From the NCBI GenBank assembly GCA_963677435.1, contig OY781945.1:3040001-3104000 (forward strand): a stretch of 64,000 nt of DNA, given 5' to 3'. The number at the start of each line of letters is the position of its first letter. Position 1 is the stretch's first letter. This stretch comes from an uncultured Aliarcobacter sp. Its GTDB lineage: Bacteria > Campylobacterota > Campylobacteria > Campylobacterales > Arcobacteraceae. This document shows, one piece after another, positions 21,370 through 31,707 of this stretch. The notes below the pieces were generated by a model. The model searched no databases and had not been told where the DNA came from. It worked only from the letters and a program-made list of their open reading frames with translations. The translations under genes and the position numbers were made by a program.

Positions 21370-22710
21370 ATGAAATTTTCAGTAAAAAATCCTAAAAAAA
21401 CTCTACATTTAGTAAGCCTTGGCTGTACTAAAAATCTTGTAGATTCAGAGATTATGTTAGGTAAATTAAAAGATTATACAATTACAAATGATGCAGCAAA
21501 TGCCGATGTAATTATTGTAAATACATGTGGATTTATAGATAGTGCAAAAGAAGAGAGTTTAAATACAATTTTAAATCTCCATGATGAAAGAAAAAAAGAG
21601 TCAGTTTTAGTAATGGCTGGATGTTTAAGTGAAAGATACCAAGGTGAACTTCAAAAAGAGTTACCAGAAATTGACGTTTTCACAGGTGTTGGAGATTATG
21701 ACAAAATAGATTTACTTGTACATGAAAAAAGAAGTGCATTTTCAAATGAAGTATTTTTAGCAAGTGATGAAAATGAAAGGGTAATTACAGGTTCTTCATA
21801 TCATGCTTATGTAAAACTAAGCGAAGGATGCAATCAAACTTGCTCATTCTGTGCAATTCCTTCATTTAAAGGAAAGCTTCACTCTAGAACTCTAGAATCA
21901 CTTGTTAAAGAAGTAAAATCATTAGTTTCAAAAGGATATATTGATTTCTCTTTTGTATCTCAAGATTCTTCTTCATTTTTAAGAGATTTAGGTCATAAAG
22001 ATGGATTGGAACAATTAATTAGTGAAGTAGAAAAAATTGAGGGTATTAAAACAGCTAGAATTTTGTACCTTTACCCATCTACTACAACTTTAAGTCTAAT
22101 TGACAAAATTGCAGATTCAAAAGTTTTTGTAAACTATTTTGATATGCCATTGCAACACATAACACCTTCAATGCTTAAAATTATGAAAAGAGGAAAAGGT
22201 GTTGAGAAACTAAATGAACTTATGAATCATATGAGAAGTAAACCAAACTCATTTGTAAGAACTACATTTATTGCTGGACATCCAGGGGAAACGCAAGAAG
22301 ATCATGAAGCACTTTGTAAATATATTGAAGAGTTTAAATTTGACAGAGCAAATGTTTTTTCTTATTCAACAGAAGAAGGAACAGCAGCAGCACTTTCAAA
22401 AGATTTAATAGAGCAAAAGATTATTGATGAAAGAGCTGAAGTTATTGGTGAAATAATTGCTTTGACTACTCAAGAATCACTTGAATCTGAAATTGGAAAA
22501 ACTTTTGAAGTTTATGTTGATGGAGAAAGTGAAGAGCATGAGTATTTATTAAGTGCTAGAAAAACACTTTGGGCTCCTGATATTGATGGCGAAATTTATA
22601 TCAATGATAATGAACTCTCTGAGGGTGAACAAATTAAATTTGGACAAATTTATACTGTAAAAATCACAGAACTTGCAGGAGATAAATTACTAGCAACTGT
22701 AATTAAATAG
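21370..22710 (+). CDS. rimO: ribosomal protein S12 methylthiotransferase
   Basis: SLGCTKNLVDSE, CNQTCSFC radical-SAM motif, APDIDG, TRAM tail. Confidence 0.96.
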   Translation: MKFSVKNPKKTLHLVSLGCTKNLVDSEIMLGKLKDYTITNDAANADVIIVNTCGFIDSAKEESLNTILNLHDERKKESVLVMAGCLSERYQGELQKELPEIDVFTGVGDYDKIDLLVHEKRSAFSNEVFLASDENERVITGSSYHAYVKLSEGCNQTCSFCAIPSFKGKLHSRTLESLVKEVKSLVSKGYIDFSFVSQDSSSFLRDLGHKDGLEQLISEVEKIEGIKTARILYLYPSTTTLSLIDKIADSKVFVNYFDMPLQHITPSMLKIMKRGKGVEKLNELMNHMRSKPNSFVRTTFIAGHPGETQEDHEALCKYIEEFKFDRANVFSYSTEEGTAAALSKDLIEQKIIDERAEVIGEIIALTTQESLESEIGKTFEVYVDGESEEHEYLLSARKTLWAPDIDGEIYINDNELSEGEQIKFGQIYTVKITELAGDKLLATVIK

Positions 22711-22712
22711 AT

Positions 22713-23693
22713 ATGAACTTAGATTTTAGTGTAGTAAAAAATCAAAAAAACCTGCTTGCATTTTCAGCAGGTGTTGATTCAACTGCACTATTTTTTTTAC
22801 TACTTGAACAAAATATTCCTTTTGACATGGCTATTGTAAATTATAATTTAAGAGAGCAAAGTAAAGATGAAATTTCTTATGCAAAAGAACTGGCAAAGCA
22901 GTATAAAAAAGAAATATTTATTCAGGAAATCAATCTTACTGATACTTCAAATTTTGAAAAAAAAGCAAGAGATATAAGATACGCTTTTTTTAAAACAATT
23001 ATTGATAAACACTCTTATGCTAACTTAATCACAGCTCATCAGTTAAACGATAAATTAGAATGGTTTATGATGCAATTATCAAAAGGTGCAGGATTAGTTG
23101 AACTTATTGGATTTAATGAATTTGAACAGAAAAACAATTATCAGATTTATAAACCACTTTTAAATATCACAAAAGATGAACTTGAAACCTATCTAAAGAA
23201 CAATAATCATAAATATTTTATTGACCAATCAAATTTTGATGAAAAATATAAAAGAAACTATTTTAGACATAATTTTTCAAATAAGTTTTTAGAAAAGTTT
23301 AGTTCAGGAGTTAAAAAATCTTTTGAATATTTGCAAAATGATTTAAATTCTTTAAATATTCAAAATAGTCCAATCAAAAAAATAAAAGAATTAGAGATAT
23401 TTCTAAATCAAAAAGATGATAATTTGAATATTAGAACTATTGATTTATCAATTAAAAAAAGAGGTATTCTTTTAAGTTCTGCTCAAAGAGATGAAGTTTT
23501 AAGACAAAAAGAGATTACAATTTCACATAAAATAAATATATCTATTCAAGAAAACTATATTTGGATTGCGCCAAGTAGTGATGAATTTATAGATAAAAAA
23601 TATAAAGAAATTTATAGAATAAATGATATCCCTAAAAATATGAGAGCTTATATTTTTAGAGAAAAAATAGAGTTGGAAGAGTTAATGTTTTAA
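22713..23693 (+). CDS. tilS: tRNA(Ile)-lysidine synthase
   Basis: AFSAGVDS PP-loop, EKKARDIRY, TAHQLND, DQSN...RNYFRH. Confidence 0.94.
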   Translation: MNLDFSVVKNQKNLLAFSAGVDSTALFFLLLEQNIPFDMAIVNYNLREQSKDEISYAKELAKQYKKEIFIQEINLTDTSNFEKKARDIRYAFFKTIIDKHSYANLITAHQLNDKLEWFMMQLSKGAGLVELIGFNEFEQKNNYQIYKPLLNITKDELETYLKNNNHKYFIDQSNFDEKYKRNYFRHNFSNKFLEKFSSGVKKSFEYLQNDLNSLNIQNSPIKKIKELEIFLNQKDDNLNIRTIDLSIKKRGILLSSAQRDEVLRQKEITISHKINISIQENYIWIAPSSDEFIDKKYKEIYRINDIPKNMRAYIFREKIELEELMF

Positions 23694-23951
23694 AAACCTC
23701 TTCATTTTTTGCATTTTTATAAGTTCTTGTCTTGTCTCTTCTCTATAAACTTTTAAAAAATTAATATTCTTAAAAAAGAGTTCTTCAAGTCTCTTTAAAT
23801 CTTTTAATTCTAAATCAAAATCTTCAATTTTCTCATTTGTTAAATAATTTTCATGCCATCTAACTAAAGCATCTGCTTTTTCAGATGAATCTAATGAATC
23901 AATATAAATTAATTCATTAAGTGCGCTTAAAGACCTGTTTCTTCTTTCCAT
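23682..23951 (-). CDS. small helical protein downstream of fliS (possible FliT-like chaperone)
   Basis: 89 aa, overlaps the fliS 3' end; fliD-fliS-X position. Confidence 0.55.
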   Translation of the reverse strand: MERRNRSLSALNELIYIDSLDSSEKADALVRWHENYLTNEKIEDFDLELKDLKRLEELFFKNINFLKVYREETRQELIKMQKMKRFLKH

Positions 23952-24283
23952 GCGTCGATTAATCCTTGAGTAACTTTCATAACTTGGTTAACCGCATTGA
24001 TATTGTCATCAATTCCAGCACTAAATAGAGTTTCAATCTGATATAAATATAAACCATCTAAGTAATAAGCAACTTCTCCACCATCAAAATCCAATACATT
24101 CCTTAATTCATCAAATATTGCTATTGACTTATTTATGTATGTAAACTTAAGTTCAACATTTTTTTCTTCCATCGCATTTTTTACAAATGACAAATACTTT
24201 ATAACACCCTCATAAAGTTTTAATACTAATACATACGGATCATCCGAAATCGCATTTTGTTGATTATATACTTCTATTCCCAT
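23927..24283 (-). CDS. fliS: flagellar export chaperone FliS
   Basis: DPYVLVLKLYEG, ELRNVLDFDGGEVAYYLDGLY, LIDAWKE. Confidence 0.95.
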   Translation of the reverse strand: MGIEVYNQQNAISDDPYVLVLKLYEGVIKYLSFVKNAMEEKNVELKFTYINKSIAIFDELRNVLDFDGGEVAYYLDGLYLYQIETLFSAGIDDNINAVNQVMKVTQGLIDAWKEETGL

Positions 24284-24383
24284 ATTTTACATTCCTACTA
24301 GAATCATTTTGAAATATCAGTATAGTACATATTAGCTTAAAAATTAAAAGAAAAAGAAAAAATGACTTTTTCCATTTTAAAAA

Positions 24384-25730
24384 TTAATTACCAGAATTTG
24401 ATTGATCAATTAACATTTTTAATCCAGAGAATGACGATTCCATTTGCGTAATAATAGTTCCATATGAACTAAATTGGAGTGCAAGTTGCTCATACTTTTT
24501 ATCTAAAGCCTCTTGCGCTTTAGTTTTTTCAGCTGTTAAATCTGTTTCTCTTTTTTTCATTGACGAATCATAAATATTTAAAATTCCATCTGAATAACTC
24601 ATATTATCTAATGTTTCTTTTAGTGTTGTTCCTAGACCTTTATTTTCTGCTGTTCCAATAAATAAATCCTTTAATCCTGATAAATCATTTTGAACAGCAT
24701 CACTAAACTTTGTCGTATTTAATGACAATAAACCAGATTTATCTAATTCTAATCCATAATTAAATACTGATTTATCATTTGATGTTCCATATGAACCAAA
24801 TAACTTTTCTTTAATTTGACTAACAATATTTCTTATTGAAGATTTATCTTGTATTGCAGAATCTGCATTATATGATTCTGTATCTATCATTGAAACTAAA
24901 TCATTATATTTTGTGACAAAATTTTGCATTTGAGTTTGAATTTGAGTATTATCTTCAACAATAGTTATACTTGATGCCCCAGTTTTATTAGCTGTCATTT
25001 TAAGTCCATCAACAGTAATACTATTTGTTGCAACATTATATTCTACACCATCAACTTTTGCAATCATATTTTTTGCTTCTAATATATGATTAGTTGAATT
25101 TATAGTAGAGCCATCTGTAGTAAATCCTAATGCTTGACTTGCAGCACCACTAATATTTAATTTATTATCAATACCTGAATCTTCACTTTTTATAACTAAT
25201 CGATAAGCATCTGTCCCAACTTGTTCAATTGTTGCATTCATTCCTGATTTTGCAGTAATTTCTGTTGCTAGCTGTTTATATGTCTTATTTGTTGTATCAA
25301 ATGTTTGTCCATTAATAACTAATTCACCTTGATTAATTACACTTTCTTTTGTTGAATTATCTACACTATTTGATTGAAATACGTCTTTTTGTGCTAATTG
25401 AGTTACATCAATACTTGTTGTACCTTTACTCAATGCTTTAATATCTGCTGCATCAAAAGAAACAGAATCTCCTGAAGTAGTTGCTGTTTTTTGCTCAAGA
25501 GCTGTAACGCCACCCGATACGAATAAATCAAAAGGTTTAATTGCTTCTAAAAGTTCTTTAACTTTTGCTTCAATATTTGCAAAAGTTTCTTTCTCAGTTG
25601 AAAGACTTGTTATTCTTGTTTCTATTGGCTCAACTGTTGATTTTCTTTCCGCAGATTTTAATTTATCAATTAAATCACTATTTAATGCTGATGCTTGCCC
25701 CGAACCTAATCCTAAAACACCATTTGCCAT
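24384..25730 (-). CDS. fliD: flagellar filament cap protein
   Basis: LGLGSG...IDKLKSAE N-terminus, VTQLAQ, YEQLALQF C-terminus. Confidence 0.95.
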   Translation of the reverse strand: MANGVLGLGSGQASALNSDLIDKLKSAERKSTVEPIETRITSLSTEKETFANIEAKVKELLEAIKPFDLFVSGGVTALEQKTATTSGDSVSFDAADIKALSKGTTSIDVTQLAQKDVFQSNSVDNSTKESVINQGELVINGQTFDTTNKTYKQLATEITAKSGMNATIEQVGTDAYRLVIKSEDSGIDNKLNISGAASQALGFTTDGSTINSTNHILEAKNMIAKVDGVEYNVATNSITVDGLKMTANKTGASSITIVEDNTQIQTQMQNFVTKYNDLVSMIDTESYNADSAIQDKSSIRNIVSQIKEKLFGSYGTSNDKSVFNYGLELDKSGLLSLNTTKFSDAVQNDLSGLKDLFIGTAENKGLGTTLKETLDNMSYSDGILNIYDSSMKKRETDLTAEKTKAQEALDKKYEQLALQFSSYGTIITQMESSFSGLKMLIDQSNSGN

Positions 25731-25740
25731 AATTTATCCT

Positions 25741-27621
25741 TTATCTTTTTAAGCCAAGTAGAGTTTGCAACATTTCATCTATCGTTGTTATCATCTTAGC
25801 ATTTGCAGTATACGCTGCTTGGAATTTAATTAAATTTAACATTTCTTCATCTTTATCAACTTTTGTTAATTGATCATATGAAGACTTAATTGAATTACTA
25901 ATACCTGATTGTGTAGTTTTTGAGAAATCGATATTTTCTTTATCTGCTGATACACTAACTCTTAAATCTCTGAAAAATTCACTTAAAGATGCTTTACTTG
26001 TTGAGTTTGAATCTTGTGCTTTTCCATCAAAAGAGATATTTTGTTTCCATTGAATACTTGCTAAATAATCTAGTTTTGTTTGATCTAAATCATTAACCAT
26101 ATTATCATTAAATTTTAATGTTTTAACACTTGAACCACTGAATAATTTCATTGAATTTATAGTACCTAGTGATTCATCAGTTGCAGCTTCACCATAAATA
26201 TAGTCACCTGAACTTGTTTTTATAAACTTATCAGAAATATCAGACAATGTTTGAGCAAAAGTATCCAATTTATTTAAATAAGTTTGATATTTATTATTAA
26301 GTGAATCTGAAGAAAGATTTTCTACTTGTGCTTTTAAAATTCCACCTTTTATTGGAATTTCTCTATCATTAATGGTAATAAATACTTTTGATTCTGGATT
26401 TGTACTTTCTAAATTATTTTTATATATTGATTCTCTTTTATCTACAATTGTTGAATCTGTATTATTTATATTTTCAATGCTAATTCTTCCATCAAATTGT
26501 TTTTGACTTCCTCCAAAATTTGACTCAATTCTCAAATAGTTATCTTGTGTATTTATAGTAACTTTATTTCCATTAGCATCTACACTATAATCTCCATTAT
26601 ATGCTGTTATTGAATCTTTCATATTGGCATCAGAATTTATTTTATGTACTAATGCTCTTGTTAAATTTGAGCTATCTACAGTTTCTGTAGTTTCCGTACC
26701 ATCGCCATTCCAATCCATAGTTATTGATTCACCCATTGCCACAGATACAAAAAATTGATTATTTAATTTATAAGTGACTACATCATTTGCATCAAATGTT
26801 TTTGCACTAAAATCACTATTATATTTCAGTGAATCATATACTGTAGGAGGGTAAACACTGCTATCAACTAATGTAAATTTATCTTTCTGTAATGTTTCTT
26901 CTTCGTTAACATTTAAAGTTCGTACATTTGTATTTGAAACAACTGATTCACCACCAATTTTTAACTCATAATTATCATCTGTTCTTTCAACATCTATATC
27001 AACATAATTTGATAATTCTAATTCAAGTTGATCTCTCTTATCAAGCATATCATTAGAAACACCATCAAATTTCTGCATTTTTTCATTTAAAAGGCCTATT
27101 TGTTTTAAAATACTATTTACATCATTTACATTACTATAAAGCTCTGTTTTTTCAGTTTTTTGTTGTTGTTCTACACTTTTATATAGATTTTGTAACGATT
27201 CAACTAAAATATTACCTTGAGTTTGCAATGTTGTTTTATAAACTTGAGAATTTGGATCTGTTCTTAGATTTTCAATAGATTGATAATATCGATTTAAATC
27301 TGCAGAGAAACCACTATCTGTAGTTTCTTTAAAAACAGATTCAATGTTTCCTGTCATATTAGATAATTTATCGTAATAACTTAATTTAGTATTTTCTGAA
27401 ATCAACTTATCATACATATATTGTGATGTAATTCTATAATTATCTGTTGCATTTACACCACGGCCTGTAAATTGACTATCCATTTGTGATATTTCTTCAA
27501 GTTGTACAACTCTTTTTTTATACCCAGGAGTATTTTCATTAGCTATATTATTTGATACATTTTCAACTGCAATTTTTGCTGCGTTCAATCCACTTTGTGC
27601 TACACTCAATGTACCTAGCAT
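25741..27621 (-). CDS. flgK: hook-associated protein 1
   Basis: SGLNAAK...NNIANENTPGY and VDKDEEMLNLIKFQAAYTANAK. Confidence 0.96.
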   Translation of the reverse strand: MLGTLSVAQSGLNAAKIAVENVSNNIANENTPGYKKRVVQLEEISQMDSQFTGRGVNATDNYRITSQYMYDKLISENTKLSYYDKLSNMTGNIESVFKETTDSGFSADLNRYYQSIENLRTDPNSQVYKTTLQTQGNILVESLQNLYKSVEQQQKTEKTELYSNVNDVNSILKQIGLLNEKMQKFDGVSNDMLDKRDQLELELSNYVDIDVERTDDNYELKIGGESVVSNTNVRTLNVNEEETLQKDKFTLVDSSVYPPTVYDSLKYNSDFSAKTFDANDVVTYKLNNQFFVSVAMGESITMDWNGDGTETTETVDSSNLTRALVHKINSDANMKDSITAYNGDYSVDANGNKVTINTQDNYLRIESNFGGSQKQFDGRISIENINNTDSTIVDKRESIYKNNLESTNPESKVFITINDREIPIKGGILKAQVENLSSDSLNNKYQTYLNKLDTFAQTLSDISDKFIKTSSGDYIYGEAATDESLGTINSMKLFSGSSVKTLKFNDNMVNDLDQTKLDYLASIQWKQNISFDGKAQDSNSTSKASLSEFFRDLRVSVSADKENIDFSKTTQSGISNSIKSSYDQLTKVDKDEEMLNLIKFQAAYTANAKMITTIDEMLQTLLGLKR

Positions 27622-27678
27622 ATTAACTCCTTTTGGTATAATTTTTCAAATTATTACATTACATTTCTTAAAATTAGA

Positions 27679-28386
27679 TTAAAATGGCCATATCGCTCTC
27701 ATGAATTTTAATCCCCATGGCGTTTCTAAAATTTCTGACTCAGTACCATCTTTATTATATAAAAGTTTTAAGTCTGCTATTTGTGCAGAATTAATTGAAT
27801 TATCTGAGCTTATATCATAAGGTCTAATTACACCACTTACAATTATTTCTTGCCGTTGACCTTCAATTAGCATCTCTTTTTTCCCTTTTATATAATAGTT
27901 ACCATTCTGGTAAGTTTCCTCTATTATAGCAGAGATTGTCGTAGCAAAAGTTTCATCTAATTGTGTATTAACTTTTCCTTTATCGGAAGTTGAACTATTA
28001 GTTCCAAAATTTACACCAAGATTTGCATTTAATTTATTTGTTACATTTGATGTTATGCCACTTAATCCATTTGTACCTGTAGCAGCCATTACTCCACCAC
28101 CTAAATTATTATCTCTAGTACTTGTTAATTCTCTTTTATTGTTACTTTTAGATGTTAAGTCTTCACTAATTATAATTTGAATAATATCACCAACTTGTAA
28201 ATCTTTTTTATCTGCAAATAAAGAAGTACCTTGCATAGAGTATAAAGAACCTTTATTTTTTCTAGGTTCTGGATTCTTTTTAGGTATTTGAATTTCAGGT
28301 TTTTCAAAAGCTAATTCTGGTTCTGATACTGCACTGCATGCACTAAAAATAAATACAATAAAAATTAATATAAGACTATTTTGCAT
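27679..28386 (-). CDS. flgH: flagellar L-ring lipoprotein
   Basis: Lipobox FSAC, LFADKKDLQVGD, SGVIRPYDI, final PF. Confidence 0.96.
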   Translation of the reverse strand: MQNSLILIFIVFIFSACSAVSEPELAFEKPEIQIPKKNPEPRKNKGSLYSMQGTSLFADKKDLQVGDIIQIIISEDLTSKSNNKRELTSTRDNNLGGGVMAATGTNGLSGITSNVTNKLNANLGVNFGTNSSTSDKGKVNTQLDETFATTISAIIEETYQNGNYYIKGKKEMLIEGQRQEIIVSGVIRPYDISSDNSINSAQIADLKLLYNKDGTESEILETPWGLKFMRAIWPF

Positions 28387-28804
28387 TTAACCTACTTTTT
28401 AATATAAAATTAACATCAATAGCAATTATAATTTCATTCAAAGTTCTTTTAATAAGTGCCATTGCACCATATCTTACCATTAAAGCATCCAAATTTGTTG
28501 CAGGTTCACAAATAATTATAACTTTGTCTTCAATTATTTTAACATGTCTTATATGTTCTTGGCCAACTAAATCAATTGCTTTTTCTATTTCTGTTAAAAT
28601 TGCTTTTTCTACTGCTTTTTTTTCTTTATCTTTTTTTTCTTCTTCAAGTTTTAATGCTTGTTTTGATTCTATATCTTTTTTTAATTGCTCAGTATAGGTT
28701 ATATTCATATAAAAATAATAACCTCCAAACATAAGAACAAGTGCTAATAGAGATAATATCTTTATTAGTTTTTTACCTTTGTTTCTTTTTACTGCAACTA
28801 TCAT
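28376..28804 (-). CDS. hypothetical single-pass membrane protein in the flagellar operon
   Basis: Basic N-terminus, one TM, coiled coil, small C-terminal domain; overlaps the flgH start. Confidence 0.75.
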   Translation of the reverse strand: MIVAVKRNKGKKLIKILSLLALVLMFGGYYFYMNITYTEQLKKDIESKQALKLEEEKKDKEKKAVEKAILTEIEKAIDLVGQEHIRHVKIIEDKVIIICEPATNLDALMVRYGAMALIKRTLNEIIIAIDVNFILKSRLNAK

Positions 28805-28806
28805 TT

Positions 28807-29337
28807 TTATTTAATTACAAAAGTTGTAAATAATATTTGTTTAATGCTATCTTTTGCTATATCAGAATTTGATTTAGTAGCTTCATTAATAACATTATTA
28901 AGATCTTGTAATAATTCATCTTTTAATAAATTTTTACCACCAACTGTTAAAAGTTCTTCTGAACTTCTTGAACTTACTTGAGAGATAACAACATCGATTA
29001 TTTCTGCTTTATATTGTTCTGCAATAGCAGCAATTGTTGGTTCAGTACTTTTAACTGAAAAAGATAATTTCATTAATTTTTCTTTTCCTCTTGAGTCTGT
29101 TAAATTTAATACTAAATCATTAATATCTGCTTTATATGAATCTGCTTTTTCAGAAGATTCAGCTTTTTTAACCTCTTCTTGACCTGCAGGATTATTATTA
29201 CCTAATGCACCTTGAGAATAAAGGAAATAACCACCACCAATAACAGCAACAATTAGAACTACAACTAAAGCTATCAAAATTATCATTAAGCCTTTTCCAC
29301 CACCTGAACTTTTTGATTCTTGATTTTCTTCTGCCAT
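28807..29337 (-). CDS. fliL: flagellar basal body-associated FliL
   Basis: N-terminal TM, LVLNL, LLTVGGKNLLKDEL, ILFTTFVIK. Confidence 0.92.
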   Translation of the reverse strand: MAEENQESKSSGGGKGLMIILIALVVVLIVAVIGGGYFLYSQGALGNNNPAGQEEVKKAESSEKADSYKADINDLVLNLTDSRGKEKLMKLSFSVKSTEPTIAAIAEQYKAEIIDVVISQVSSRSSEELLTVGGKNLLKDELLQDLNNVINEATKSNSDIAKDSIKQILFTTFVIK

Positions 29338-29339
29338 TA

Positions 29340-29831
29340 TTATTCCTTTTTCACATCTTTTTTATTATAATTTTCAAGTTTTTCAGTAATTATAGATGCA
29401 TTTGAAACACTTAAAAACTTCATAATTTGAGTTACATTATTTTCTTTTAATTTAAGTATTATATCAAAAACATCATCAATTTTACCTTCGCCAATCATTT
29501 GGTTAAAAATATCAGCGGCATTTTTTGGTTTCATTGCGTTATATATTTTTGATGTTTTTGTAACAACTTCATTTTTTATATCTTTTAAAGTTTCTAAATT
29601 ATCATCATGTAATTTTTGTATATCTTTTTTTTCTTTTTCTATTTGAGCTAAAATACCCTCAAGTTCTTTTTTTCGTTGTTGATATTCAGTCTCTTTTTCA
29701 TTATAAAAATTATTTAATTCTTTTTTTAATTCCATTACTTCTATTCTTTGCTTTGTCAAAGAACTACTTGTCTCTTCTGCTGCAAATAAAAAAGTACCAA
29801 AACAAATAATTGATAATAAATATTTTGACAT
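29340..29831 (-). CDS. MotE/FlbB-like periplasmic coiled-coil protein
   Basis: Signal peptide, coiled coil, KIYNAMKPKNAADIF (MgtE_N-like). Confidence 0.75.
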   Translation of the reverse strand: MSKYLLSIICFGTFLFAAEETSSSLTKQRIEVMELKKELNNFYNEKETEYQQRKKELEGILAQIEKEKKDIQKLHDDNLETLKDIKNEVVTKTSKIYNAMKPKNAADIFNQMIGEGKIDDVFDIILKLKENNVTQIMKFLSVSNASIITEKLENYNKKDVKKE

Positions 29832-29841
29832 TTAAATCCTT

Positions 29842-30252
29842 TTATCTTTTGTTACTGATATATTTACTTTGAATATACTCACTTGAGGCTTCATCTTCTG
29901 CTAATAAAATTCTTTTAATAGCTTCTTTTTTTTCTTCTTGTAATATATATAAAAATTGTTCTGCTTCTTTTTGCAGTTCGAGTATATCTTTTAATAAAAG
30001 ATCAACTTCCATATTTAAAAGTACTTTTTCTTTATTAAGTTTTTGTATATGCATTTTCATTGTATTTTTGTGTATTGTTAAAATCATAAAATCTGAAATT
30101 GCTCCATGTTTTTCAACACTAGCTGTATCAATTCTATTTTGAGTCAATAATATCTCAATATCAATTTGCTCAATTCTTGATAAAAGTTGAGCTTTTTGCA
30201 TTAATTTTTGATCAGTTTGATTTTTTTTTAATTTATATAATTTCTCTATCAA
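29842..30252 (-). CDS. FliJ-like flagellar export protein
   Basis: 136-aa two-helix coiled coil upstream of the MotE-like gene; position-based. Confidence 0.55.
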   Translation of the reverse strand: MIEKLYKLKKNQTDQKLMQKAQLLSRIEQIDIEILLTQNRIDTASVEKHGAISDFMILTIHKNTMKMHIQKLNKEKVLLNMEVDLLLKDILELQKEAEQFLYILQEEKKEAIKRILLAEDEASSEYIQSKYISNKR

Positions 30253-30515
30253 CTATTATTACCAAATGTAAGTATTATATCCCATAAATCTTTTGTATAA
30301 GCTTCAATATGATCACCAATCCAAGGAAGAGAAATCAATATAAATGCTGATACAAAAATCATTTTTGGAACAAATGATAAAGAAGCATCACTTATTTGTG
30401 TTACAGCTTGAAAAATAGAAATTATAAGTCCAATAATCATACTAACAATCAAAGATGGTAATCCAAGTATTAATATGACCTTTACTGTATTTTCAGCAAT
30501 AGCAATTAAATCCAT
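30249..30515 (-). CDS. fliQ: flagellar export apparatus FliQ
   Basis: GLIISIFQAVTQISDASLSFVPK. Confidence 0.96.
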   Translation of the reverse strand: MDLIAIAENTVKVILILGLPSLIVSMIIGLIISIFQAVTQISDASLSFVPKMIFVSAFILISLPWIGDHIEAYTKDLWDIILTFGNNS

Positions 30516-30516
30516 G

Positions 30517-31707
30517 CTAATCTTTTATTTTTATTGTTATCTCTAAAGTTTTATTATTTAATAACTTAGAAATTAATGCTGAAAGATCTGTAACATTAGA
30601 ATTATTCACATCTAATGTTTCGACTCTTTTTTCTGAAACGCTAGGTTTATTTCCACTTATCGAACTATTTTCTTCAATTTTATAACTCAGTGCTTCCAAT
30701 AAATCTTTTTCACTTAAAGAATCTAATTCAAAAAACTCATCATTCATTTTATCTCCTTGCAAAGATTTATCAATTTTTTTACTTTCTAATTTCTCTTCAT
30801 CTAAAAAATCAAAGCTACTAAAAGGATCTGATTCTATTACTTCAAAATTTTCAGTATCTTCTTCAACAACTTTTTTTTCGCCTGATTGTATCTCTTCATT
30901 TAAGAAATCAAAACCGCCAAATAAATCGTTATTGATTTTGTCTAAGTCAGTGATATCTTCCTCTTCTTCAACTACTTCTTCACCTAAGAAATCTAAGTCT
31001 GCGAAGATATCAGTAACTTTACTTGAATTTTCATCTTCTAAAGGTTCATCAGATTCTTCTTTATAAACTATATCATTATCATCATAATCAAATGATATAT
31101 TATTTAATCCAAAATCATCATTAAAACTCATTATATCATTAGAATCATTTTTTACAGCAATATCTGCATTTCCAATTAAATCTTCAATATTATCAAGATT
31201 TACACCTTTATCAATGTTAAATATATCATCAAGATCTTCAGTAGAAGTAGCATCTTTATTCTCTTCTTCTTTTGCTAAAAGCATAGATAATTCATCATCT
31301 AATTCTATGTCATTTTGACTATTTTCATCTTCATCATTTATTTCTATAACTTTTGGCTCAAGTGCTTTTAGTTCTTCGTATTTCCTAATAATATATTTAG
31401 GTAATTCATTCAATGAATTTAATGATAAATCTGCAATTCCACAATCAAGTAAATACTCTTCTTCAATACCATCTTTAGGTGTTAAAAATTTAATTCTTTT
31501 ATTTAAAGAATTTTTTTTAATAATTTTTTCATCGTCAATTAAGTAAATATCGTTAGGATTATCTTTTATAATCTGTTTTAATTTTGAGATACTACTAATT
31601 TCTTCAATTACAGTATTATTGTCAAGTTTGAATTTTATATTTGAGTGTTCTAATGTTTCGTGAATTTCTTTTTTAAAACTTTGATTACCATAAATGTAAA
31701 TCTTCAA
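30517..31707 (-). CDS. highly acidic protein heading the flagellar operon (ChePep-like candidate)
   Basis: Folded-looking N-terminus, long D/E-rich low-complexity middle, C-terminal LEITIKIKD. Confidence 0.7.
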   Translation of the reverse strand: MKIYIYGNQSFKKEIHETLEHSNIKFKLDNNTVIEEISSISKLKQIIKDNPNDIYLIDDEKIIKKNSLNKRIKFLTPKDGIEEEYLLDCGIADLSLNSLNELPKYIIRKYEELKALEPKVIEINDEDENSQNDIELDDELSMLLAKEEENKDATSTEDLDDIFNIDKGVNLDNIEDLIGNADIAVKNDSNDIMSFNDDFGLNNISFDYDDNDIVYKEESDEPLEDENSSKVTDIFADLDFLGEEVVEEEEDITDLDKINNDLFGGFDFLNEEIQSGEKKVVEEDTENFEVIESDPFSSFDFLDEEKLESKKIDKSLQGDKMNDEFFELDSLSEKDLLEALSYKIEENSSISGNKPSVSEKRVETLDVNNSNVTDLSALISKLLNNKTLEITIKIKD

